From assembly GCF_006345805.1 (NCBI RefSeq), contig NC_043020.1:27156001-27220000 (forward strand): a DNA stretch of 64,000 nt, read 5' to 3'. Position 1 is the stretch's first letter. The number at the start of each line of letters is the position of its first letter. The translations under genes and the position numbers were made by a program. The notes below the pieces were generated by a model. That model was not told the DNA's origin and ran no database searches. It worked only from the letters and a program-made list of their open reading frames with translations. Of the stretch, positions 38,253 to 52,000 are shown in pieces. The stretch comes from Octopus sinensis. Lineage: Eukaryota.

Positions 38253-38582
38253 ATGCACACATACATACACATACTCGCTCACAGTGGAGGCACATAGCCT
38301 AGTGGTTAGAGCAGTGGACTTGCGGTCGAGGGATCGTGGGTTCGAATCTCAGACTGGGTGATGTGTGTGTTTATGAGCGAAACACCTTAGCTCCACGTGG
38401 CTCCGGCAGAGGGTAATGGCAAAACTTCTGCTGACTCTTTCACCACAACTTTCTCTCACTCTTTCCTCCTGCATCTTACAGCTCGCCTGCGACGGACCGG
38501 CGTCCCGTCCAGGTGGAGAACCTTTATGCCAAGAAACCGGGAAACCAGCCTTTATGAGCCAGGCATGGCTCGAGAAGGAACA

Positions 38583-38626
<44 letters not shown>

Positions 38627-40806
38627 CACCTAAGCTCCACGCAGCTCCGGCAGAAGGTAATGGCGAAACTTCTGCTGACTCTTTCACCACAACTTTCTCT
38701 CACTCTTTCCTCCTGCATCTTGCAGCTCACCTGCGATGGACCGGCGTCCCGTCCAGGTGGGGAACCTATACGCCAAGAAACCGGGAAACCGGCCCTTATG
38801 AGCCAGACATGGCTTGAGAAGGAACAACTCATATACACACATACACAGAACCATTTTCGATTTGTATTTTTAGAATTTGTGCTTGTTTAGCAAATAAATA
38901 ATTAAACAGCTATCATGGTAATTAAACTTCCTTGATGTAATTGTCTCGTTTCAGTTCTGTGATAGACACTCTGAATTTTCCTGTCAGCTGATGTGGCGGA
39001 ATTGGTTACGACCTGGCATTAACAAGAAACCCTGGACCAAGGAGGAGACAATGCGGCTAAGAAAATTGGTGGAGCTACATGGACGGCACCAGTGGCAGAG
39101 AATTGCCAAAGAACTGAAGGTAAGCTATTTCCAAGTCTCAATTCCTGCCAATTCTCATCCTGGCAGCAATCACCTGTTGGCAATTTACATTTCAAATTAA
39201 TTATGGCTTTTTTTTTTTATTCTTTTATTCTTTTACTTGTTTCAGTCATTTGACTGCGGCCATGCTGGAGCACCACCTTAATGGGGTTTTAGTCGAGCAA
39301 ATCAGGACTTGTACTTTGTATGCCTAGTACTTATTTTATCGGTTTCTTTTGCCGAACTGCTATGTTTCATTTAAAAAAAAATTTTTTTCCCCTGTCCTAT
39401 TGCATGCCATCTTGGGCAAGTGGGTGTCTTCTACTTGAAACCCTGGGTCTGGGCTGACCAAAGTCTTTGAGTGGATTTGGTAGATGGAAACTGAAAGATG
39501 TCCTGGCATACACACATACGTACATACGTATACATGTGTGTATGTGTGTGTGTTTACATTTTTGCCGCTCCAGAATTCACTGACCTACAAGTGCTGACAT
39601 TGTTGCCATTTCCCCTGTTGACAAATCATCTGGTTTCACACCTTTGAAGATGTATGAGATAAAAGGTGAGGGTTGAGAGGGGTGTGCTTCCCCCACCCTC
39701 AGTCAATTTGCTGAAAGGTGGGTGAATCTGGCGAGCTTAGCTCAGGTAAATGCTGGAATATGTAGGCTCAGGAGATAGGAGCACTTGCCATGTTACTCTT
39801 GATAAACAGAGTGACTCAGGATTTGTGGGGTTCCCTAATCACCCCTGGGTGGCACTCTTTCCTATTACTCTTTACTCTTTTACTTGTTTCAGTCATGTGA
39901 CTGTGGCCATGCTGGAGCACCGCCTTTAGTCAAGCAACTCGACCCCAGGACTTATTCTTTGTAAGCCTGGTACTTATTCTATTGGTCTCTTTTGCTGAAC
40001 TGCTAAGTTACGAGGATGTAAACACACCAGCATCGGTTCTCAAGCGATGTTGGTGGGGACAAACACAGACACACAAACACACATATGCATATACATATAT
40101 ATACATATATACGACGGGCTTCTTTCAGTTTCTGTCTACCAAATCCACTCACAAGGCTTTGGTCGGCCCGAGGCTATAGTTGAAAGCACTTGCCCAAGGC
40201 TCCACGCAGTGGGACTGAACCCGGAACCATGTGGTTGGTAAGCAAGCTACTTACCACACAGCCTATTGCTAATTGTTATTGTTTACATGTGTGTCATTTA
40301 AATCCCCTTTGTCCTTTGTTTTGTGTGCAGCCCTTGTGACTAATAACAAAAGAATCCTTATCGTCATCATCATCATCATCATCATTGTTGTTATTATTAT
40401 TGTGGATCTTTTCGGTTTGAACGGCAGTTTTTAACATAATTTCTAGGTAACTAAAAAATTTTAAACTTCGTATACTGGTAGAATGTGTTTATAAAACATC
40501 TTTTTCTCTTGGCTTTACTGAGAAAATTCTATTGTTTATAAGATATTTATTGTTTTTTTTCTGCAATTTCAACCAATCAATGACGTCCATTGAGGTAAAA
40601 AAAACATTCTGTGCTGTATGAATATGTCCCTCGTTTAAGAAACAGATTGGGTTTATTTACATTTGTGAAGAAAAAAAGATACCCTTCCCCTAACCCTAAA
40701 ACAGATTGAAATGCAATAGATTGATACTAGGGTCATAATTATGGGTGACAATTTCATATGACACCGCTAGAAACAACTGCCGTTCAAACCAAAAAGATCC
40801 ATTATC

Positions 40807-40849
<43 letters not shown>

Positions 40850-43355
40850 TCTACAGACCAATCGTACCCCTATGCATTGTCTGCAGCATTACAGGCGAGA
40901 ACTCGACTCCTTTACTAAACGGTAAGTAGTACTTGTTATTGTTGATTGGCCCCAGGGTAGGTGGAACTTTCTAGCCCTGTAAGGCAATTCACCTTGGAGA
41001 AGGCCACTCCAGTATAAAACCTATGGTTTGCCGGCCACTACAGCTGCCTTAGCCCACTAAGCCATTGCAGACTGACCTTCAAGTCAAAGGACTGGGATTG
41101 GATTGCACAAACTGACCCTCATTTTAACCCCTTAGCATTCAGACCACCCTGTCAAATGCCATGTTTACTCATTCTCCTTGATAAAAATTAGTCATGCGTT
41201 ACCTTGTAGCTTTGAGATTTCAGCGATGTGATTGTTTATTTTTAGAATGACATTGTTGGGTAGGTGTGTGAGATCAGATCTGGTCAGTTTTAACATAAAA
41301 CAGGTAGATTGTTTTGGCCGAATATGGCTGGTTTAAAATTCTAAAGAGTTAAAACTACATTGCACAGGCTGCTGCATCCATCAACCCATCACCATTATCG
41401 TTTAGTGTTCAGTTTTCTGTACTTTTGTTGGTCAGATGGAATTTCTTGAGGGAGATTTATTTACAGCCGGATGCCCTTCCTGTCACCAACCCTCACCTGT
41501 AATATTTCCCCCCATGGCCAGACATGTTATTCATGGAAGACTTGAAATCAACAACCTCGCTTGTATAACAGGGATGCTTGTTTACAACCATCACATGATG
41601 TCTGAACGAAGAAACATACAAGCACATACACATGCACACAGATCTACACACGCACACACATGAAGGCACACACTCACACACATTCACACACACACACACG
41701 CACACATGCACGTTCGCGTGCATGCGCACACACACATACGCACTCAGACACGGAAACACAAACCCACACACACATGTACATGTGTGCACATACATACATC
41801 CACGCATATACAGCAAGACACCTAGTCACATTAAAGCATACAGCCATATACACAGTTATATATATAGAAAGATATACACACAGTTTCCTTCTACCAAGTC
41901 CACTCACAAGCCTTTGGTTGACCCATGGCTATAGTAAAAGACACATGCAGAAAGTGGCACATTCTAGGACAGAAGCCAAGGCCCACGTGGCCAGGAAGCA
42001 AGCTTCTTAATTCCACAGCCACGATTGCATTTACAGTAAAACAATAAAACCATTTCCCAATATGGAAAGATTTTATTTTTATGAAAATATTGCAAAAAGA
42101 TAATTTTAAAAAAATACTTTTTTTTTCTAATGTTTTTTACAGAGGCTGGACAGAAGAAGAAGACAAAATTTTGAAAGAAGTCGTCGATAGCTGCCGTATT
42201 GGCAGTCGAATTCCTTGGAACCAAGGTAGGTTTTAATGTATTTAAACGGGCATTGGTGCGAGCATGGCTGTGTAGTTAAGGGGGCGGCTTTCCCAACCTC
42301 ATGGCCCTGGGTTCAGTCACACTGCATGGTACTTTTGGCAAATATCTTCTGCTAAAGCCCTGGGTTGACTGGAAGCCTTACGAGTGGATTTGGCAGATAG
42401 AAACTGAAAGAAGCTCGTCACACACACACGTGCGTGCATGCACACACACACACACACACACACACTTGTGTGCATGCGTGTGTGTTTGTTTGTACTCTTG
42501 TCATGACCACATGATAATTGTAAACGAGCATCACTGTCAAACAAGTGGTGTTGTTCATTTCCTGTCTTCCATGGAAAACATATCCGTCCATGTGGAAAAT
42601 ATCACCTATCTTGGAAACAGGTGAGGCTTGGTGACAGGAATGGAATCTAGCTATAGAAACTCTGCCAGTTGCGCACTGGGGTCGATGTAATCGACTTAAT
42701 CCGTTTGTCTGTCCTTGTTTGTCCCCTTGTTTGTCCCCCCTTGTAGGTAGTAAAGAAGTATATAGAAACTCTGCCTCAAAGAATTCCTTCTGACCAGGCA
42801 TTTCTTCTGATTTTTGGTATGTTCTGAGTTCAAACACCACCACAGCCAACTTTGCTTTTCTCCCTTTGGGGCCCATAAAATAAAGTACCCGATAAGTACA
42901 GGGCTTGATGTAACCCCTTTCCTTAAAACCCCTTTCCTTAAAACTGCTGGCCTTGTGCCGAAGTTTGAAAACATTATTATTATTATCATTATTATTACCT
43001 CCACCTTAACGAAGGCAGAGGTATTGTTTCCACTGGTATTTGTTTGTTTGTTTGTCCATGGACAAGATATCTCAAGAACTGTTGGATGGATTTGGATGAA
43101 ACTTTCAGAGATGTTTGGCCTCGCAACTGGCACGAACTGATTAGATTTTGGAATTAGATACTGGACAAGGGTTCTGGATTATTTTTTCTGTCTTTTTACT
43201 TAACTTTTGAGAGCGGTCGGGTTCATTTTTAGTATTCTCGTTTTTGAGAGCAGTTGAGTTTATTTCAGATATTCTCATTTTAAAAATCATCTCCGGCTAA
43301 TCGTTGAGAGGACGTTGGTGTTGCCTTGGCAGAGGTTTGCGCTCTCTGGGTGCTC

Positions 43356-43386
<31 letters not shown>

Positions 43387-45557
43387 CGGTGGCACGTAAA
43401 AAGCACCATCCGATCGTGGCCATTTGCCAGCCTCGTCTGGCACCTGTGCCGGTAGCACGTAAAAAGCACCCACTACACTCATGGAGTGGTTGGCGTTAGG
43501 AAGGGCATCCAGCTGTAGAAACATTGCCAGATCAAACTGGAGCCTGGCGCAGCCTTCTGGCTTCCCAGACCCCAGTTGAACTGTCCAACCCATGCCAGCA
43601 TGGAAAGCGGACGCTAAACAATGATTATTATTATTATTATTATTATTCTATGTTTGACTTTTGCTTTATGTCTGTACAAGTTGGCTCCAAGTCTCACCCA
43701 GAGACCTCAAGGTTGGAAGTTCTGTGCCATATATTTGGGGTTTTTTTTTTTTTTTTGGTGTTGTACTTGTGAATGTCTAATACATAAAAAAATTAAAAAA
43801 AATAAATAAAAAAAAAAGTTTGTTTTAAACCTTGGGATTACATAGAGAGTATTTTGCGTAGGATATGAGCAGTTCCCATGAGCACTATCTTTTGAATTTC
43901 TGCCATTTTGGGGTTTCCTGGTATCTGAGTTAGGTAGCAATCAGTCCCTTTCGCTATCATTCCCAGGGCACCTATGACAACACCTATGACAACAGGTATT
44001 GTTTTAGTCTTCAGCTTCCACATTTTGCTGATTTCTATTTCAAGATCTTTATATTTGCTCAGTTTTTGGTAGGTCTTGACAGATACATTTATATCGATTG
44101 GGACAGTCATATCAATGAGGAGGCATGTTCTTTGTCTGAAGTCTTTCAATATAATGTCTGGCCTATTTGCATCTATCTTCCTGTCAGTTTGAATGGTGAA
44201 GTTCCAGAGGAGTGAGATGTGGTCATTTTCAAGCACAGGAGGTGGATTGTGTTCCCACCAGTTTTTTTCATGGAGCAAATCCAGGTTTTTGCAAATTACC
44301 CAATGAATATATTGTGCAGCTCTATCATGTCTACTGAGGTACTCTGTAGGCGCTAGAAGACTGCATTTGGAGACAACATGGTCAATGGTTTCATTTTGTT
44401 GTCGGCATACACGACATGTTGGGCTACTGCCGTTCTTTAATATGTTGGCCTGGTAGTTTCTTGTTGGTAGGCATTGATCTTGAGCTGCTATGATAAACCC
44501 CTCTTTTTCAGATTTTAAGCCAGAGGCCATTAGCCATTGATGGGTCAGGGCTTTGTCGATATCTGCATTATTCGCTCTCTTTGGGTATTTGCCATAGAGA
44601 GGTTTTTCTTGCCATTTATCATTCAGAATATCTAAGGCCGCAGTTTTGGCACGGGTTTTCGTGCGCCTAGCTTTTTCTGTGCTTGTTTCTTGTATGTCTA
44701 TCTCTAATTCCGAAATTGGTTGTATTCGGAATTCACTTAGATATTCCTTTGCCTGTTTTGTGACTGAGTATGATGCTTTCTTGTTTTCATGTTTTGAGAC
44801 AAGTTTTAACATCCAGTCCTCAGAGTTTTTCAGGTAGGTGTCTAGGCCAATTGTAGCAATCTTCATTGTTATTGCCAGTTGCAAAAGACCACGGCCTCCC
44901 TCTTTTCTTGGCAGATAGAGTCGTTCTGTATCTGCCTTAGGGTGGTGCATTCTATGCATTGTCAACAGTTTCCTTATTTTTCTGTTGAGCTGACATATTT
45001 CAGTAATTGACCAGTTAACAATATTGAAACTGTAAGTCATGACTGGTATGGCTAATGCATTGATCACTTCGATCCTGTTTCTTGCATTCAGCTCTGTCTT
45101 GAGTATTGCTCTCACTCTTCGATAGCATTCTCTCCTGATCCTTTCCTTCATCTCTGAATGCCTTATTCCGTTCCCTTCAATTACCCCTAGGTACTTGTAG
45201 CTCTCCGCTGGGTCTAGTTCTTTTATGACATTCTGTTGGTCAAGGTTAACGTTAGATGTTTCTGTCATTTTCCCTTTGATAAAGGTAGCCTTTGCACATT
45301 TATCGAGGCCGAATTGCATTCTGATGTCGTCACTGAATTGTTTGACTATCGCTAGTAAGCCCTTGAGTTGTTGATCATTTTTTGCAAAAAGCTTTAAATC
45401 ATCCATGTAAACGAGATGATTTATATTTTTATCAAACATTTTATACCCGTACTGCGCGTCATTGGGCAGCTTTGAGAGAGGTATTAAGGATAAACAAAAG
45501 AGGAGTGGTGACAGTGAGTCACCCTGGAAAATGCCACACAAAATTTTTACATCACCA

Positions 45558-45596
<39 letters not shown>

Positions 45597-48500
45597 GGTG
45601 GTGAGCTGGCAGAATCGTTGGCATGCCAAGCAAAATGTTTAGTGATATTTTGCTTGCTGCTACGTTCTGAGTTCAAATCCCATCAAGGTCAACTTTACCT
45701 TTCATCCTTTCGGGGGTTGATAAATTAAGTACCAGTTGAGTACTGGGGTTGATGTCATCGACTATTCCCTTCCCCCCAAATTTCAGGCCTTGTGCCTATA
45801 ACAGACAAGATTATTGTTATTATTATTATTATTTATTTATTCATTTTTTTTTCCAGTGTCATTTTATATGGAAGGTCGTAGTAGTACTGCTTGTATCGCT
45901 CGCTGGACGGCTTTGGATCCCAGTATCAAGCACGGTCGATGGACGCAGGAAGAAGATTCTGTAAGTATTCTGTGGTCTTTTATGGGCCTGTTCCCTCTTT
46001 TATGTCTCAAATTGGTGCCTATAAAGTCAAATATACATACATGTGTATATATGTGTGTGGGGTGGGGGGAGTGAGTATGTTTTACTGTCTCCTTGTCTCA
46101 GTATTTTGTGATAGTTGTAAACGAGCATGTGTGTGATACAAGCCATAACATATATATGTATATATGTATGTGTATATGTATATATGTATGCATATATGTA
46201 TGTGTATGTGCATGTATGTATATATGTATGTATGTGTATATATATGTATGTAAATGTATATATCATCATCGTTTAACGTCCGTTTTCCATGCTAGCAGTC
46301 TGATCTGGCAGTGTTTCTACAGCTGGATGCCCTTCCTAACGCTAACATCCAGTTGTAGAAACTCTGCCAGATCAAGACTGGAGCCTGGTGCAGCCATCTG
46401 GTTTGCCAGCCTTCAGTCAAAATCGTCCAACCCATGCTAGCATGGAAAGCGGACGTTAAACAATGATGATGATGATGAATCTGTTCTGAACTTCACCATC
46501 CTGTCTTTTATCATATCTCAGATTATTTGGAGCAGTGGTTCTCAAATTTTTTCGGGCAGCCTCCCTCTGGGCACCCAGCCCACATCCCAGGCTTCCCCTC
46601 CACTCACTACCACAAACAAAAACCATTTTCTGAAGCAAATTCAAAACAACTGTATTTCACAAATAAAATAATTAACCCATTATTTTGTTTCCTTTCACAT
46701 CCGTTGCCCCCTTTTTGGCCACCCCATTACCACCCTTTTCGAGGGCAGTACTGCTCGTTTTGATGACCTCTAATTTAGAGTGTATCAAAGTAATTTTTTC
46801 TTTTCTTTTTTTTTAATTTCCTCTAACTTCAGCTGTTGGTAGCAGCAGTTCAAATAATGGGAACAAGCAAATGGCCCCATGTGAGGAGTCTGGTCCCTAA
46901 TCGAACAGCCAACCAGTGTCGTGAAAGGTCTGTATGGCACATTTCTCTCCTCCTCCGCCCCCTCCTCCTCTACTCCCCATCCTTCACCAAAACCACCCAT
47001 TTCTTTACTACCCACAAGGGGCTAAACACAGAGGGGACAAACAAGGACAGACAAACGGATTAAGTCGCTTATATCGACCCCAGTGCGTAACTGGTATTTA
47101 ATTTAATCGACCCCGAAAGGATGAAAGGCAAAGTCGACCTCAGCAGAATTTGAACCGCTAAGCATTTCGCCCGGCATGCTAATGATTCTGCCAACTCACC
47201 GCCTTAACAAGGTGGTGTGCTCACCACCACCAACTACACCACCAACAACAACTGCAGAGCAATGGTGGGACACTGACCTAAAGGGTTTAGTCGGACAAAT
47301 TGATTCGGGTCCTTATTTTTTGGCATAAATCTGGCACTTATTCTATCAGTCGCTTTTGCTGAACTGTTAGGCCATAAACAAACCTACACCAGTTATCAGG
47401 TAGAGGCAAGACACTCACAAAGACTCAGAAGCACACACACATGTGTGTGTGTATGTGTGCCAGTGACACATAAAAGGCACTTGTGTCAGTGACACTTTAA
47501 AAAGAACCTCCTGCCGGTGACACGTTAAAGGCACCCATGCCAGTGACATGTTCACAGGCACCCGTGCCGGTGGCATGTTAACACATAAAGCACAACAGGC
47601 CATGATTGTGGCCATCAGGCACAGGTGAACAGGCCACGATCGTGGCCCAGATAGATGCATTTAATTTATGGGCTTTTGTTACCTAGAAATTATGTTAAAA
47701 ACTGCCGTTCAAACTGAAAAGATCCCACTGGCATGGGCGCCTCTAATGTATCACTGGCATGGGTGACTTCTTACCACACAGTCATGCCTATATATATATA
47801 ATCTCTGTCATTTTCAGATGGGTCAACTGCTTGGATCCAGGTATTAACTCAGGACCATTTACCTATGAGGAAGATAAATTATTATTGAAATATGTCAAAG
47901 AGAATGGAGGTATGTGCTGGGAATTCCTACATTTCTTAAATTCCGTTCTTGAAGCAAACCCAATCATTAAATGTCTAATATGAGTTTTTGTTCTTTAGGA
48001 GATTACCATTTACATCTCAATGTGACAGTCCCTTAAGGGAATTACACCACCGCCATTTAGCCCTAGGAAACATCGACGCTTCCTGTTGGCTTTGACACAT
48101 TTTCTGTGTCCTTATATTTGCAAAGGGGAGGCAATCACCCCGATTGCCTTCCCTTTGCAAATATAAGGTCATAGAAAATGTGTCAAAGCCGACACGAAAC
48201 GTCGATGTTTTCTAGGGCTAAATGGCGGTGGTGTAATTCCCTTAAGGGACTGTCACATTGAGTTGACAGTATACGACCACTATATCGCTCCTCCACCGCT
48301 CATGTCTCTCTGAGACATTTAGAAATTCAATATTTCTCATTTACATCTTATTAACCTATTTATTCATCTTTTACGATGCATATTAACTAATAGATCCCCA
48401 TCTTCAATGATGGAAGGCAGGGCTGCTAAATCTGGCTACAAGTAACAGACTTACTACTTTTTAGGACTATGTGCTATTGTTTTCCTTTGTTGTTTTTTTA

Positions 48501-48980
48501 AAAATTTAGATTCCATGTTATTTTGATATTTTAGTCATCATCATCATCATCGTTTAACGTCTGTTTTCCATGCTAGCTTGGGTTGGACGGTTCGACTGGG
48601 GTCTGGGAAGCCAGGAGGCTGCACCAGCTCCAGTCTGATCTGGCAGTGTTTCTACAGCTGGATGCCCTTCCTAATGCCAACCACTCCGTGGGTGTAGTGG
48701 GTGCCTTTTACGTGCCACCGGTACAGGTGCCAGGCAAGGCTGGCAATGGCCACGATCAGTTGGTGCTTTTTTCGTGCCACCAGTATGGAGGCCAGTCGGG
48801 GCGGCGCTGGCAACAGTCACGTTCGGATGGTTCTTTTATGTGCCACCGGCACTGGTATCACAACTACAATTTCCATTGATTTTTGAGCGATTTCGATTCT
48901 GATTCCGAGTAATCATATTTACAAATCATATTTGATTAACAACCAAATAGATAAACTAGGAAAAAACTTTTAGGCAATCC

Positions 48981-49015
<35 letters not shown>

Positions 49016-52000
49016 TGTGCATGTAGGATTTAAGTGCAAGCTACTATAAGTTTCATGCTTCTGAGAGTACACCAGTCAGATGTGCTTGTATAGCATGCCT
49101 TGTACTATCAGGGAATGATTCAGGCTCAAAATAAAACATGGCTACTCTCTGAGACAAAGTAAGAAAGAGTGAGAGGAAAAAGGAAATGAAAATAAAAGCA
49201 TGTAGGGAAGGGGGATAAGAGTTGTGTCCCTTGATCTGTTTGCCTTGTGAATTAACAATGTTTCATGTGGTTAATGTAACAAGAAAAGGTTAAAAGGTTT
49301 GTAAGACTGTATGTTGAACTTGGAGAGGGTAATGTTCTCCAGTTCAATAATCAAAACTTATCTAGATGTTTGCATTTGGTGTAAATTTCAGTAGGTTGAT
49401 GGAGTTCTTAGATTTAAAAAGGATATACCAGTGGTGCCATTTGTATGCAGTCTTTCATGAAACACATGGCCATTAATTGTGCTGTTCATGTTTGAAAGAC
49501 CAGGGTGAATATTGCCTAACTCAGAAAGGGGCGAGGAATATTGACAGGGAAGGCATCTGGCTGTAGAATGAATTGGGTTGTCCCAATGAATTTCGTCTGA
49601 TCAAGTATGGAAAACTAGACATAAAAATGGTGATAGTGATGATGATGATGATGATGATAGTGACGGTGATGATGATGATGAATTTGTGTTGTTTAACTTT
49701 CAGCTGGTAACTGGGCCACTGTCGCATCTCACCTGCCGGGCCGTACCGATCAGATATGCTCCACTCAATATTTCCGACTCAAGAAATGGCGAGACCAAGC
49801 GAATTTTGTAAAAAAGCAGTCTGTAAGTTGATCAATTATTTTTTTTTAATCTTTTTTTGTTTTTTAATATATTTTTTTAATTTTTATTCTTCTTGAGCCC
49901 TAGGACCCATAAGGCCAGTTACACAGTTTCTATGCCATGTGAGTGATTGAGATCACAATATTTCCCCCCCAAACAAGATGCCCATTTGTTGCAGGGTTCA
50001 ACGCCAGTAATTTTGAGGGAAGTCAAAATAAGCAACAAGGATTCTTCTGGATATCCTTGTTGCTTATTTTGATTTTAATCACCCCATTTTGAATTATATA
50101 GATAATACCATACTAAATTCTGGTGCCTTTAACTTAAGTACCATATTCATCTGAATATATATATATATATATATCTGTTTCTTTATTACCCACAAGGGGC
50201 TAAACATAGAGGGTACAAACAAGGACAGACAAACGGATTAAGCTGATTAACCCCAGACGATACATTGTGTTCTTGAGCAAAGCACTTCATTCCATGTTGC
50301 TCCAGTCGACTCAGCTGGCAAAAATGAGTAATCATGTGATGGTCCAGTGTCCCATCAGGTGGGGAATATATATGCCACAGAAACCAAGAAACTAGTTCTA
50401 TGAGTCTGTATGACACAAGAAGGAACCTTTTTTTCTTTCTTACATAATACCACCTCTCCCTTTGCTGTAGTTCCCACCCACTCAAAGGCGATATTGGTCT
50501 TGCAAGCTGCGTAGCAACCTCACCAGCACTGGGACCATGAGAAAATACACCCAGTATGCTCTGTAAAGTGGTTGGTATTAGGGAAGGCATCTAACCATAG
50601 AAACTATGCTAAAAGCAAACATCAGAGCATAATGTAGTCCTTGGATCCTGTGTAATTGTGCAACACCAAAATAAGTAACAAGGATATCCATAGGTAATGC
50701 AGTACGATCGTTTCATGCAACTCCATTTAATTGAACAATGCAACCATTATATCAATTTAAATGCAGAGCAATCCTCAGCTGCACAAAGCCCTAAAATTTA
50801 ATTAAATTGAAACAGAAGGGCACATTAGTATAATTTTGCCTAAAATCTTCAAGAAGGTAAGGAGATAGACAAAGAACATTGTTGCCATTGCTTCCACTTA
50901 GTAGCTTCCAAGTGGAAGGAAGGGAAACAATGTTCTTTGTCTATACTTCTGGCTACATAGCCATATCTCTGCTCTACAGCCTTGCCTCTGGCTACACAGC
51001 CACACCACTACATAAAGAACCATACCTCCAGTTACACAGCCACACCCTTGGTTACACAGCCACACCCTTGGTTACATAGCCACACCCCTGGTTACACAGC
51101 CATGCCTCTGGCTACATAGCCATGTCTCTGCTCCACAGCCTTGCCTCTGGCTACACAGCCACACCTCTACCTAGAAAACCACATCCCTGCTACATAGCCA
51201 TGCCTCCGGCTACACAGCTTCACCTGCATATTAATGTATTGTAATTTACAAATTATTATCAACTTCTTTTTCATTTAACTTTTTCTCGTTTTTTTTTCAG
51301 GATGAATCCAAGTCTTATTTCATGCCTAACTTTGATGCCAGTAAATATGTGGATCTTGTTGAGTCTGGAAAATCTTTGGATGTAAGTCTTTCCTTGGTCA
51401 TCGTTGCCGTCGTCTCTTCTTCTTCTTCTTCTTCTTCTTCTTCTTCTTCTTCTTCTTCTTCTTCTTCTTTTTCTTCTTCTTCTTTTTCTTCTTCTTTTTC
51501 TTCTTCTTCTTCTTTTTCTTCTTCTTCTTCTTCTTCTTCTTCTTCTTCTTCTTTTTCTTCTTCTTCTTCTTCTTCTTCTTCTTCTTTTTCTTCTTCTTCT
51601 TCTTCTTTTTCTTCTTCTTTCTTCTTCTTCATTCTTCTTCTTCTTCTTCTTTTTCTTCTTCTTTCATTCTTCTTCTTCTTCTTCCATTCTTCTTCTTTTT
51701 CTTCTTCTTCTTTTTCTTCTTCTTTCATTCTTCTTCTTTTTCTTCTTCTTCTTCTTCTTCATTCTTCTTCTTCTTCTTTTTCTTCTTCTTTTTCTTTTTC
51801 TTCTTCTTCTTCTTCTTCTTCTTTTTCTTCTTCTTTCATTCTTCTTCTTCTTCTTCTTCTTCCATTCTTCTTCGTCTTCTTCATTCATACTTCTTCTTCT
51901 TCTTCTTTCATTCTTCTTCTTCTTTCATTCTTCTTCTTTCATTCTTCGTCTTCTTCTTCTTTCATTCTTATTCTTCTTTCATTCTTCGTCTTCTTCTTCT

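Noticed and set aside
31743-38360. tRNA-like A/B-box sequences at 31743 and 38286
   Set aside because: They lack a complete acceptor stem and continue into repeat bodies present elsewhere in the window, so they are SINE heads rather than tRNA genes.
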